64,000 bases of DNA. Source: a virus. Lineage: Duplodnaviria; Caudoviricetes. Position numbers and translations under genes: made by a program. Positions 37,281 through 47,900 of this stretch are shown here, piece by piece (the first letter of the stretch is position 1; each line of letters begins with the position of its first letter). The notes under the pieces were generated by a model. It was not told the origin of the DNA. It saw only the letters and a list, made by a program, of their open reading frames with translations, and searched no databases. The stretch lies in IMG/VR virus record IMGVR_UViG_3300027804_000001, positions 128,001-192,000 of that record; one strand, written 5' to 3'.

Positions 37281-37478
37281 ATGAAAGCAGAAACAAAATT
37301 AACGAGCGTAAACATTATAGATGATGTTTACAAAAAATTCAAAATAAGATCAATTGAAGGTTCGATAAACCTACAAAAATTGGTTAATAGGTCATTAGAT
37401 TTATATAACAAGGATGAGAAATTTAGAGATGTGATTAATAATCATAATGGTTTAGCTTCAAGTGGTTCTAAGTTTTAA
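37281..37478 (+). CDS. Ribbon-helix-helix-like small DNA-binding protein
   Basis: TKLTSVNI strand followed by two helices (DDVYKKFKI, LQKLVNRSLDLY). First gene of the GT operon. Confidence 0.5.
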   Translation: MKAETKLTSVNIIDDVYKKFKIRSIEGSINLQKLVNRSLDLYNKDEKFRDVINNHNGLASSGSKF

Positions 37479-38836
37479 TGAAAAAGAAAATACTATTACT
37501 TTCAGATGATTTAAGAATGACATCTGGTATATCCACAATGTCTAAAGAAATTGTTTTAGGAACTGTTCATAAGTATGATTGGGTTCAATTAGGTGCAGCA
37601 ATTAAACATCCTGAGTTAGGTAAAATTGTTGATGTAAATGATGATACTCGTAAAAGAACGGGGGTTCAAGATGCAAATTTAAAAATCATACCAAACAATG
37701 GTTATGGTGATATTAACATTTTACGTAAGTTAATAAATGATGAGAAACCTGATGCAATTTTACATTTTACTGATCCTCATTATTGGCAGTGGTTATATGA
37801 TAATGAACATGAAATAAGACAACAAGTTCCTATATTATATTATCACATATGGGATAATCTTCCTGACCCATTATATAATAGAAATTATTATGAATCATGT
37901 GATTGGTTAGGTTGTATATCAAAGTTAACATATGGTATTGTTAATAGAGTTGGTAAATTAACCACACAATCCACTTGGAAACCATTAGAGGATTGGCAGA
38001 TTAGTTATGTTCCACACGGTGTAAATGAAAATACATTTAAACCAATTGATTCAGTTGGTTCAGATATTCGTGATATGATACACGGAAATAAAAAATATGA
38101 ATTTGTTTTATTTTATAATAGTAGAAACATAAGAAGAAAACAAACATCAGATGTAATTCTTTCATATAGATTATTTTGTGATATGTTACCAAAAGAAGAG
38201 TCTGATAAATGTTTATTACTAATGCACACAACATCTGTAGATCAAAATGGTACAGATTTACGGGCGGTTATAGAAAGTGTTTGTTCTGACTATGATGTCA
38301 AGATTACAGATAAAAAATTAGAACAAGAAAAATTAAATGAAATATATAACTCCGTTGATTGTACAATCAATATTGCAAATAACGAAGGATTTGGTCTAAC
38401 TACTGCAGAAAGTCTTATGGCTGGAACACCAATAATAGTAAATGTTACCGGTGGTCTACAAGACCAATGTGGTTTTGACTTTACTGAAAAAGATTATATT
38501 GATATTAAATCTTTACATAATAAAAGTGAAAGGTCTCAAACAAAACATGGAGAATGGGTTATACCTGTTTGGTCGTCTGTTAATAGTATAAATGGTTCCC
38601 CAGCAACACCGTATATTTTTGATGATAGAGTTAATAATACGGATGTTGCAGAGGCAATTTATAAGATGTATAAAATGGGTGAAACCGAAAGAAAGAGAAT
38701 TGGGTTACTTGGTAGGGATTATGTAAAAGAAAACTTCTCAAGTAAAGTTATGTGTAATAAAATGATTGAAGGAATTGAAACATTATTTTCAAATTGGAAA
38801 CCCAAAAATCGATTCTCTTTAAATAAAATTGTATAA
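37478..38836 (+). CDS. GT4-family (GT-B) glycosyltransferase
   Basis: HFTDP, VPHG, RNIRRK and EGFGLTTAESLMAGTP. Confidence 0.85.
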   Translation: MKKKILLLSDDLRMTSGISTMSKEIVLGTVHKYDWVQLGAAIKHPELGKIVDVNDDTRKRTGVQDANLKIIPNNGYGDINILRKLINDEKPDAILHFTDPHYWQWLYDNEHEIRQQVPILYYHIWDNLPDPLYNRNYYESCDWLGCISKLTYGIVNRVGKLTTQSTWKPLEDWQISYVPHGVNENTFKPIDSVGSDIRDMIHGNKKYEFVLFYNSRNIRRKQTSDVILSYRLFCDMLPKEESDKCLLLMHTTSVDQNGTDLRAVIESVCSDYDVKITDKKLEQEKLNEIYNSVDCTINIANNEGFGLTTAESLMAGTPIIVNVTGGLQDQCGFDFTEKDYIDIKSLHNKSERSQTKHGEWVIPVWSSVNSINGSPATPYIFDDRVNNTDVAEAIYKMYKMGETERKRIGLLGRDYVKENFSSKVMCNKMIEGIETLFSNWKPKNRFSLNKIV

Positions 38837-39584
38837 TGAAATGATAAATAGAATTTTCATCATAGGTGATAGTTTTTGTGATGGAATATTACACCCTAAA
38901 TCAAAGAATTTACCAATTGAAAATATGCATTGGGTAAATTATGTAGATTATCATTACGAAGATACTGAAATAATCAATGATGCTCTTGGTAGTAGGGATA
39001 TACAATCAATAATAGATTATTGGATTAAATTGTTACCTCTTTTAACTGAAAATGATAGACTAATAATTGGTTTTCCTTATCTATCAAGACAAAGAATTCC
39101 AATAGAAAATGAAAAAAATTATAGATTAATACCTTGGAGTGGGGGTGTTTGTAGAAACATGTTTCTAACAAGACAATGGTGGACAGCGTTTAATGTTTTT
39201 AAAACAACCGCAGCCCACAATTATTCAGATAGAACACAAAAAATATGGACAGAAGAAAAAATTGATGATATAATCGAATTTTTAGAAATAATGAATTCAA
39301 CTACAACTGTTGCAATAAATTATAAAGAGGTGATAGAATCATTACACAAGATTACACCATGTAAATCATATCTATTTAGTTGGTTTGACTATTCATTACA
39401 TAACATACCAAAAGCAAACCAAATAGAAGATAAAAACGATATAACCAATAACATTGGTATTTGGACCACAAACGAAATGTTATATGAAGAAACAAATGGT
39501 GAAAAAGGAAATAAAAATGACTTTCATTGGGACTACAGAACAATGAAAGAATTCGGAAATTATGTAATTAACAAAATAAAATGA
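38829..39584 (+). CDS. SGNH-like hypothetical protein
   Basis: IIGDSF, NDALGS and DFHW. Confidence 0.55.
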   Translation: MYNEMINRIFIIGDSFCDGILHPKSKNLPIENMHWVNYVDYHYEDTEIINDALGSRDIQSIIDYWIKLLPLLTENDRLIIGFPYLSRQRIPIENEKNYRLIPWSGGVCRNMFLTRQWWTAFNVFKTTAAHNYSDRTQKIWTEEKIDDIIEFLEIMNSTTTVAINYKEVIESLHKITPCKSYLFSWFDYSLHNIPKANQIEDKNDITNNIGIWTTNEMLYEETNGEKGNKNDFHWDYRTMKEFGNYVINKIK

Positions 39585-40831
39585 ATAAACCTACATTATT
39601 ATTTAGAGGACCAGTAGAAACAAGAAGTGGATATGGTGGTCATTCAAGAGATTTATTAGAGTCATTATATCAAATGGATTTATTTGATATTAAAATCGAT
39701 AGTTGTGCTTGGGGATACACTCCTAGAACCGCTTTAGGTGACAATAAATTTCACAATTGGATTAAACAAAACATAGTAAATTCATTTAATGGTGTACCTG
39801 ATTTTTATATTCAAGTAACTGTACCGAATGAATTTCAAAGACTTGGTAAATTTAATATTGGGATTACTGCAGGAATAGAAACCACAATCGCACCAAAAAA
39901 TTGGGTTGATGGTTGTAACAGAATGGATTTAATAATAACAACATCAAATTTTTCAAGAGATGTTTTGATTCAAACTGTTTATAATGAAACAGAAAAGTTA
40001 ACAGGTAAGATTGTTAAACAACACAAAATTGAAAAACCAATAGAGGTTTTATTTGAGGGTGTTAATACCGATATTTTTAATAACAAAGAGGGGGATTTAG
40101 AATTGGACATTAAAGAAGACTTTGCTTATCTATTTGTTGGTCATTGGTTAAAAGGTGAATTAGGACGCGATAGAAAAGATGTAGGTATGCTGATAAGGTG
40201 TTTCTTAGAGGCGTTTAACAATGCCGATGATAAACCCGCATTAATACTTAAAACGTCAAGTGCCACATTCTCAGTAAAAGAAAGAGAATCATTAAGAAGT
40301 AAAATTGAAGAAATTAGTATGGGTTTTGGTAATCCACCATCTATATACCTATTATTTGGGGATTTAACTGATAATGAAATGAATTCTTTATATAACCATC
40401 CTAAAGTAAAATCAATGGTGTCAATTACTAAAGGGGAGGGTTTTGGTAGACCGCTATTAGAATTTTCTATGACAGGTAAACCAATAATAGCTTCTAATTG
40501 GTCGGGACACAAAGATTTTTTACCAATGAATAGGGCCATTATGATTGGTGGTAAATTAGTCGAAGTTCATGATAGTGTAATAGATGATTTTATCATTAAA
40601 GGTTCTAAATGGTTTAATGCAAATTATAATGAATTTATTGAAGTATTGAAAATAGTAAAAAAAGATTACGATACATTCAAAACAAATTCTGAAGATTTGG
40701 GAAAAGAAAATAGTGAAAAATTTAGTTTATCTAAAATGACCGAAAAGTTTAAACAAATCATATCTCCTTATTTAATTGAAAAACCGAAAGAACATAAATT
40801 AGTTTTACCAAAATTGACAAGAGTTAAATAA
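39581..40831 (+). CDS. GT4-family glycosyltransferase
   Basis: GPVETRSGYG, FVGHW, RKDVG and GEGFGRPLLEF. Confidence 0.85.
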   Translation: MNKPTLLFRGPVETRSGYGGHSRDLLESLYQMDLFDIKIDSCAWGYTPRTALGDNKFHNWIKQNIVNSFNGVPDFYIQVTVPNEFQRLGKFNIGITAGIETTIAPKNWVDGCNRMDLIITTSNFSRDVLIQTVYNETEKLTGKIVKQHKIEKPIEVLFEGVNTDIFNNKEGDLELDIKEDFAYLFVGHWLKGELGRDRKDVGMLIRCFLEAFNNADDKPALILKTSSATFSVKERESLRSKIEEISMGFGNPPSIYLLFGDLTDNEMNSLYNHPKVKSMVSITKGEGFGRPLLEFSMTGKPIIASNWSGHKDFLPMNRAIMIGGKLVEVHDSVIDDFIIKGSKWFNANYNEFIEVLKIVKKDYDTFKTNSEDLGKENSEKFSLSKMTEKFKQIISPYLIEKPKEHKLVLPKLTRVK

Positions 40832-41064
40832 TGAATTTTAAATTTTTAAGAGGTGGTGAAGAATCTATGGGTAATATATTAACATTTCATCAACCAAGAT
40901 TCCAAAATAATGTTGAGTTTTGTTTTCAATTTGATGACGGAGAACCTACAGTATTTGGTAATGGTCCGAATGATTTACACATCCATATAACACCAAATGG
41001 AAACATTACTTTCACGAGTAATAATGGTCAAACATTTAAAATATTTGCAAGAGAAAGACAATGA
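40831..41064 (+). CDS. Hypothetical protein
   Basis: 77-aa coupled ORF. Confidence 0.6.
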   Translation: MNFKFLRGGEESMGNILTFHQPRFQNNVEFCFQFDDGEPTVFGNGPNDLHIHITPNGNITFTSNNGQTFKIFARERQ

Positions 41065-41681
41065 AAATAAGTTTTGCAATTACAGTTTGTAATGAATTAA
41101 ATGAAATAAAGAAATTAATTCCATTCTTATTAGAACATAAAAGAATTGAAGACGAAATTGTTATTTTATATGATGAAAAAAATGGTAGTGAAGATGTTTT
41201 AAATTTTTTATTGGAGTATAATAAATTACCTAATGTGCAAGTGTGGAGAAGTTTTGAATGGAAAAATGATTTTGCTGAATGGAAGAATAAATTGAATCAA
41301 TATTGTACGGGTGATTATATTTTTCAACTAGATGCTGATGAAATGATTAGTGAGTACATGATTAAAAACACTTCTGTTATATTGGAAATGAATCCAAATG
41401 TAGATTTGATTTTTGTTCCAAGAATTAATACTGTAGATGGTATAACAGAAGAACACATAAAAGTTTGGAATTGGAGAATAGACGAAAATCAACGAATAAA
41501 CTTTCCCGATTTTCAAGGTAGAATTTATAAGAAAAACATGTCTTGGTATGGTAGAGTTCACGAAAGAATCGTAGGTGGTAAATATTTTTCATCGTTACCT
41601 ACGGAAGAAACATACTGTCTATTACACCATAAAACAATAAAAAGACAAGAAAATCAAAACGATTTTTATAGTAAAATTTAA
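41061..41681 (+). CDS. GT2-family glycosyltransferase
   Basis: ISFAITVCNE, FQLDADE, FPDFQGR and VHE. Confidence 0.85.
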   Translation: MKISFAITVCNELNEIKKLIPFLLEHKRIEDEIVILYDEKNGSEDVLNFLLEYNKLPNVQVWRSFEWKNDFAEWKNKLNQYCTGDYIFQLDADEMISEYMIKNTSVILEMNPNVDLIFVPRINTVDGITEEHIKVWNWRIDENQRINFPDFQGRIYKKNMSWYGRVHERIVGGKYFSSLPTEETYCLLHHKTIKRQENQNDFYSKI

Positions 41682-41682
41682 T

Positions 41683-42225
41683 ATGAATAACTTAAACGAA
41701 ATTTATAAAAAATATCAATCAAATGAGGGTCACGGTGACAAAGGTACCTCCCATAGTTACATAGATGAATATGATAGAATATTAAATCCTTATAGGTATA
41801 ACTCAACAATTTTAGAAATTGGTTTATGTATGGGTGAATCTTTAAGAATGTGGGAAGAATATTTTATAGATTCTGAAGTGATTGGTATCGATATAAATCA
41901 ACATTTATTAAAAGATTTAATTGATGAAAACACACATAATATAATAATTGGGGACGCAACAAAAGAGGAAATATTAGAATCGTTTCCAAATAAAATGTTT
42001 GATGTTTTAATTGATGATGGTAGTCACAGACTAATTGATCAAATAAAAACGTTTGATATTTTTAAAAAAAGAATTAATAATGGTGGGATATACATAATTG
42101 AGGACGTATTAAATATTGATGGAGTAAAAGATATTTTTTTACAATTACATAATAACATTCAAATAATAGACAATAGACATATCAAAAATAGACACGATGA
42201 TGTCTTAATTATTTATAAATTTTAA
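41683..42225 (+). CDS. Class I SAM-dependent O-methyltransferase
   Basis: GDKGTSHSY, LEIG, IDDGSH and YIIED. Confidence 0.8.
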   Translation: MNNLNEIYKKYQSNEGHGDKGTSHSYIDEYDRILNPYRYNSTILEIGLCMGESLRMWEEYFIDSEVIGIDINQHLLKDLIDENTHNIIIGDATKEEILESFPNKMFDVLIDDGSHRLIDQIKTFDIFKKRINNGGIYIIEDVLNIDGVKDIFLQLHNNIQIIDNRHIKNRHDDVLIIYKF

Positions 42226-42228
42226 AAT

Positions 42229-43221
42229 ATGAAAATTTTAATAACAGGTGTAGCGGGTCTACTTGGATCGAGATTGGCTGATTATATAATAGAAAATCAT
42301 CCTGATATGTACGTTGTTGGTATGGATGATTTGAGTGGTGGTTATAGAGAAAATGTACATCCAAAGGTTGAGTTTTGGCAAATGAATTTGGTTACTCATC
42401 CAATTGAAAATTGTTTTGAAGTACATAAATTTGATTATGTTTATCATTTTGCAGCATACGCCGCTGAAGGTTTATCACCATTTATTAGACAATACAATTA
42501 TGAAAATAATCTTGTTGCAACTGCAAGAATAATTAATCAATGTATTAAGAATGATGTAAAACGTTTAGTGTTTACATCAACGATGGCCGTTTATGGACAC
42601 GGTAATGGTAATATTTTTGATGAATCACAGATACCGTGTCCTGTAGATCCATATGGTATTGCAAAATATGCTTGTGAGATGGATATTAAAGTTGCAGGTG
42701 AACAACATGATTTAGATTGGTGTATTATTCGTCCACACAATGTATATGGAATCAAACAAAACATATGGGACAAATATAGAAATGTTTTAGGTATTTGGAT
42801 GTATCAATATATGAATAATGAACCTATGACAATCTTTGGTGATGGTGAACAAAAAAGGGCATTTAGTTTTATTGATGATTGTTTAGAACCACTATGGAAA
42901 GCATCTCAACAAGAAAATTGTTCAAAAGAAATTATAAATCTAGGAGGTACTAAACATTACACAATTAATGAAGCAAATAATATTTTAAGAGAGGTTATTA
43001 AAGATGGTCAAACCGTTTATAAAGAACAAAGACACGAAGTAAAAATTGCTGTTCCTACTTGGCAAAAATCAGTTGAGTTATTGGGATATGAGGATAAAAC
43101 ATCCTTATATGATGGATTATCACAAATGTGGGAATGGTCACAGAAACAACCCAACAGAGAAAGATTTATGTGGGATAACTACGAATTAGATAAAGGAATT
43201 TATAGTTTTTGGAAAAAATAA
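42229..43221 (+). CDS. NAD-dependent epimerase/dehydratase
   Basis: TGVAGLLG, FTSTMAVYG, YGIAK and RPHNVYG. Confidence 0.88.
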   Translation: MKILITGVAGLLGSRLADYIIENHPDMYVVGMDDLSGGYRENVHPKVEFWQMNLVTHPIENCFEVHKFDYVYHFAAYAAEGLSPFIRQYNYENNLVATARIINQCIKNDVKRLVFTSTMAVYGHGNGNIFDESQIPCPVDPYGIAKYACEMDIKVAGEQHDLDWCIIRPHNVYGIKQNIWDKYRNVLGIWMYQYMNNEPMTIFGDGEQKRAFSFIDDCLEPLWKASQQENCSKEIINLGGTKHYTINEANNILREVIKDGQTVYKEQRHEVKIAVPTWQKSVELLGYEDKTSLYDGLSQMWEWSQKQPNRERFMWDNYELDKGIYSFWKK

Positions 43222-43224
43222 AAT

Positions 43225-43806
43225 ATGAAAAAGATTGAATTTATAATACCAACTTATAATAGACCTGATAAATTAATGGTTATATTAATGTCAATAAAAG
43301 TACAGACAGTTAATAAATGGAAAGTACATGTTGTTGCAGATGCACCATATGAAGGGTATGAAGAAGTGAAATCGTATTTTAAAAATGATGATAGATTTAG
43401 ATTTTCCGAATTAAATGGTCCACATAAAGATTGGGGTCACACTGCAAGAAACTATGGTTTAGAAAATTTAGAAGAAGAGTGGGTTGTAATGTCTGGTGAT
43501 GATAATTATTATGTTCCTGTTTTTGTTGAGACATTTTTAGACTCAATTAATTTTAGAAATGATGCCAATTTTGTACATTGTAATTTGATACATAATTGGG
43601 TTAATAGTGATTACATACCTTTAATATCTGTACCAAGAGTTAATCGAATTGACATTGGTAATTTTATGACAAAATCAGAATATGCAAAACAAATAAGATT
43701 AGATGTGACTAAAGGAAACGCTGATGGATTGTTTGTTGAAGAATACATTAATAAATTTAAAGGGAATATTGTACACATAGAAAAGTTTTTATATGTCCAT
43801 AACTAA
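43225..43806 (+). CDS. GT2-family glycosyltransferase
   Basis: FIIPTYNR, GHTARNYG, SGDDNYY and ADGLF. Confidence 0.85.
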   Translation: MKKIEFIIPTYNRPDKLMVILMSIKVQTVNKWKVHVVADAPYEGYEEVKSYFKNDDRFRFSELNGPHKDWGHTARNYGLENLEEEWVVMSGDDNYYVPVFVETFLDSINFRNDANFVHCNLIHNWVNSDYIPLISVPRVNRIDIGNFMTKSEYAKQIRLDVTKGNADGLFVEEYINKFKGNIVHIEKFLYVHN

Positions 43807-44914
43807 TATAACGTTTGTACTAGCTGTATATAATAAATTAGATTTAACAAAAAATTGTTATGATAGGATTAGAAATATCTACCCCGAAGCACCATTAATT
43901 ATTAGCAGTGGTGGTTCAAACGATGGTACAAAAGAATGGTTGGAAGAAATTTCAAATATAGATGATTATTTATCGATATTTCATGATGACGATAGATTAA
44001 CATTTTCTGATACATATAACACAGGTATTAAATTAGTTGATACGGATAAATTAGTTTTGATTCACAATGATATGGTAATAGGTGAGGGTTTTTTAGAGGC
44101 AATAGAAAGAATTTTAACACCCGATACATTATTATCATACACAACAATTGAACCTCCTATATTCAAAGGACATCAAAGACCCGGTAAGGTTATATTAGAT
44201 TTGGGTTCGGGGTTCCACGACTTCAATTATCAACAATTCAATAACTACGTTCAACAATGGAAAGATAGTGATAATGTATACGATGGTGCCGTTTTCTTTA
44301 TGAGTGGATATAAAGACATGTTCGTTGATGTTGGTGGTTTCGATGGATTTAGTTTTAATCCATGTTTTTGTGAAGATGATGATTTTCTTATTCGTGCGAA
44401 ACTAAAAGGATATAAATTAAAAACTTGTGATTCAGCAATAACCTATCATTTTGTTTCGCAGACATCAAGATTTAGTGATGAGATGAAAAATGATAGACAA
44501 AAAATTGAAATATGTTCAAATAGAAACTTTGTAAGAAAATGGGGTATTCCAATTTATGCATTTAATGAACTTAGATATTGGGAAGATAATGTCTTTACAT
44601 TTAATACATTCTCTATGGGTTTAATTACGAGAAATAAGAATAGACTATTTGAAATTGAACCATTCTTCGATAAAATAGATTTAGGTGAAATTCCTAATGA
44701 TTATATTGACAATGAACAGAAGAATACTCAATATGATTTAAGATCTAAATTTGCTCTCACAGATACGGTAGATGTTGTTATAATAGAAGTAGAACCTTTT
44801 ACAAATGAAGATATAATAAATCTTCAGAAGCTTCGTTTGTCTATTCCCTATTATGAACCTGGTGAATATCATATCGGTAACATGTTAATAGAAATAAAAA
44901 AGGGACTTAATTAA
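43793..44914 (+). CDS. GT2-family glycosyltransferase
   Basis: IHNDM, GGFD, FCEDDD and HFVSQTSR. Confidence 0.85.
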   Translation: MSITNITFVLAVYNKLDLTKNCYDRIRNIYPEAPLIISSGGSNDGTKEWLEEISNIDDYLSIFHDDDRLTFSDTYNTGIKLVDTDKLVLIHNDMVIGEGFLEAIERILTPDTLLSYTTIEPPIFKGHQRPGKVILDLGSGFHDFNYQQFNNYVQQWKDSDNVYDGAVFFMSGYKDMFVDVGGFDGFSFNPCFCEDDDFLIRAKLKGYKLKTCDSAITYHFVSQTSRFSDEMKNDRQKIEICSNRNFVRKWGIPIYAFNELRYWEDNVFTFNTFSMGLITRNKNRLFEIEPFFDKIDLGEIPNDYIDNEQKNTQYDLRSKFALTDTVDVVIIEVEPFTNEDIINLQKLRLSIPYYEPGEYHIGNMLIEIKKGLN

Positions 44915-44923
44915 GTCCCTTTT
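44898..44923. terminator. Bidirectional terminator between convergent genes
   Basis: Perfect palindrome AAAAGGGACTTAATTAAGTCCCTTTT. Confidence 0.8.
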
Positions 44924-44926
44924 ATT

Positions 44927-47900
44927 TTATTGTAATTTAGATTTTATTTCGTCTATTTGTTTTTGTTGTTCTTTTATTGCTTCGATTAATACTGCAATCA
45001 TCTTTTCGTATTTAACAGCCATATAACCGTTGTCTCGAGTTGTTACTATTTCAGGTAACACCTTTTGAACTTCTTGTGCAATCACACCGATGTCGTGACC
45101 TGAATTATCATGTATACCTTCCATTGGAATCCAATCAAACTCATAACCACCTATTGACATTATTTTATCTAATGAACCAACAATCGGTTCGATGTTAGTT
45201 TTTAATCTTTCATCAGAACTTGCGAATGCAATGATATCATTTGACGCCCTAATTAAACCGACAGTTGTTGATGTGGTCGCTCCACCCACAATCAATGCAC
45301 CTGTTACAGCGGTTGTTGATGAGTTCAATGTTGTACCACCATTAATAGTTAATCCTCCAAACGTTGGTGTTGCAGTTGTGTGAATATTTTGAGGAGTTGA
45401 TAACGTTACGCCACCTGTGTTAGCACTTACTGATACTTGGTTTGTTGTACCAGATATTGATGTTACACCCGCGTTGGTTAATGTTACTGAACTACCTAAT
45501 GCTACCGCACCTCCACCACTCATACCTGTTCCGGCTGTTACAGTTACAGATGAATTTGTTAATGAAGAATTACCAATGTTAGTTATTGTATTAGACGCTC
45601 CACTAATAGTTTTATTAGTTAATGTTTGAGCTGCACTAATTAAACCAATTTCAATCTCACTACCTAAAGGTCCTGCTATCCATCTGTCAGTTGTGGTATT
45701 CCATAATAACGAACCTGATACTAACGTTGATGCTGTCGCATCTCTTACAACCAAACCTGCGTTTGTTGCACCTGTACCATTAAGTTGTATAATGTTGTCA
45801 GCAATATTAACAGTTGTTGAGTTTACGGTTGTTTGTGTACCTGATACCACCAAGTTACCACCGATAGTTACTGTTGTACCATCATCGGTTATTGTTGAGT
45901 TACCTACTGTTGTTGCAGATGTGAATTTAACTAAAGTATTGTTTGTTCCTGATACTGAAACTGATGTACCTGATGTACCCGCGGTTCCACTACTACCTGA
46001 AGTTCCTGAACTACCAGAAGAACCTGAACTACCTGATGTTCCAGATGAACCACTAGAACCTGAACTACCAGAAGAACCTGAACTACCTGAAGTACCAGAT
46101 GTTCCTGAAGAACCGTTACTTCCTGATGAACCACTTGTTCCTGAACTACCAGAAGAACCTGAACTACCTGACGTTCCTGAACTACCAGAAGAACCTGAAC
46201 TACCTGAGGTACCCGAAGAACCGTTACTTCCTGATGAACCACTTGTTCCTGAACTACCAGAAGAACCTGAACTACCTGATGTTCCAGATGAACCGTTTGA
46301 ACCTGAACTACCTGATGTTCCAGATGAACCGTTTGAACCTGAACTACCTGATGTTCCAGATGAACCGCTAGAACCTGAACTACCTGAGGTACCAGATGAA
46401 CCACTAGAACCTGAACTACCTGAGGTACCACTTGATCCATTTGAACCTGAAGTACCACTTGATCCACTTGAACCCGATGTTCCTGAAGAACCGCTAGAAC
46501 CAGATGTACCACTAGTTCCTGATGAACCATTACTACCACTTGTTCCTGATGAACCCGATGAACCAGATGTTCCTGAAGAACCGGATGTTCCTGAAGAACC
46601 AGAGCTACCTGAGGTACCTGAAGTACCTGAACTACCAGATGTTCCTGAAGAACCCGATGAACCCGAACTACCAGATGAACCACTAGAACCCGATGTACCA
46701 GATGTTCCTGAAGAACCTGAAGTTCCTGAAGAACCTGAAGTTCCTGATGTACCACTACTACCATTTAAACCCGAAGTACCAGATGTACCCGATGAACCAG
46801 ATGGTGTAGATGCAATTATTAATAATATATTTTGATTATTCGAAAAACTTGAAGATCCACCATTACTTAATAACGTAACAGGTAATGTCCAATATGTTGT
46901 GTTATCAACCGGTGTACCAATTCTCCATCTTTGATAGTTAGTGTGACTTGTTTTGTCTTGTATAATAATTGTTGAACCTGATTGTAGAAATCCAACCAAT
47001 GAATCAATATTGTTATTTAAACCATCAATATCACTAACGTTAATTGAGGTTGATCCTGATTGTGTTACGTTATTCCATGAAATAAATCCACTACCTGGGT
47101 CACTACCATTTTGTGCGTTAGTCTTGGCTTGATAATTGAAGAATGAGTTTGATTGTCCTGAAGTACCACTAGAACCTGATGAACCAGAACTTCCTGAACT
47201 TCCTGATGTACCAGAACTACCTGATGTACCTGCGGTGCCACTAGAACCTGAGGTACCAGAAGTTCCACTACTTCCTGACGAACCTGATGTCCCCGAACTT
47301 CCTGAACTTCCTGATGTACCAGAACTACCTGATGTACCTGAAGTACCTGATGTTCCACTTGTACCTGAGGAACCAGACGTTCCTGATGATCCACTTGTAC
47401 CGGCCGTTCCTGATGTACCAGACGAACCAGAACTTCCCGATGAACCCGAAGTACCAGATGTACCGGATGATCCGCTCGAACCTGAAGTTCCTGAACTTCC
47501 CGATGAACCTGATGTACCAGATGTACCACTAGAACCCGATGTACCAGATGAACCACTTGAACCAGATGAACCACTTGAACCTGATGAACCACTTGAACCT
47601 GATGAACCTGATGTACCAGAAGTTCCTGATGAACCTGATGTACCAGAAGTTCCTGATGAACCTGATGTACCCGAACTACCACTTGTACCGGAAGTACCTG
47701 AACTACCTGAAGTACCAGATGTACCAGAAGTGGCGGCACTATATGAAGTACCATTTATTATTAAACTACCTGTAATATCAACAGAACCACTTACTTGTTG
47801 ATTTCCCCTAAAAAGGTTACTACCAGTAATTGCAAATTCAGTTGAATCTTTGCCGTCTAATAAATTCGAATTATCCGCGAATGATGCCGTTACTGCTCTT

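Noticed and set aside
45192-47801. Long antisense ORFs (45693..46835, 47136..47801) and same-strand alternative-frame ORFs (45931..46764, 47065..47754) with PELPEEP or VVQVL repeats
   Set aside because: They are shadows of the Gly/Ser/Thr codon repeat of the tail fibre. They lack stops because of codon composition and have no independent start context or globular content.
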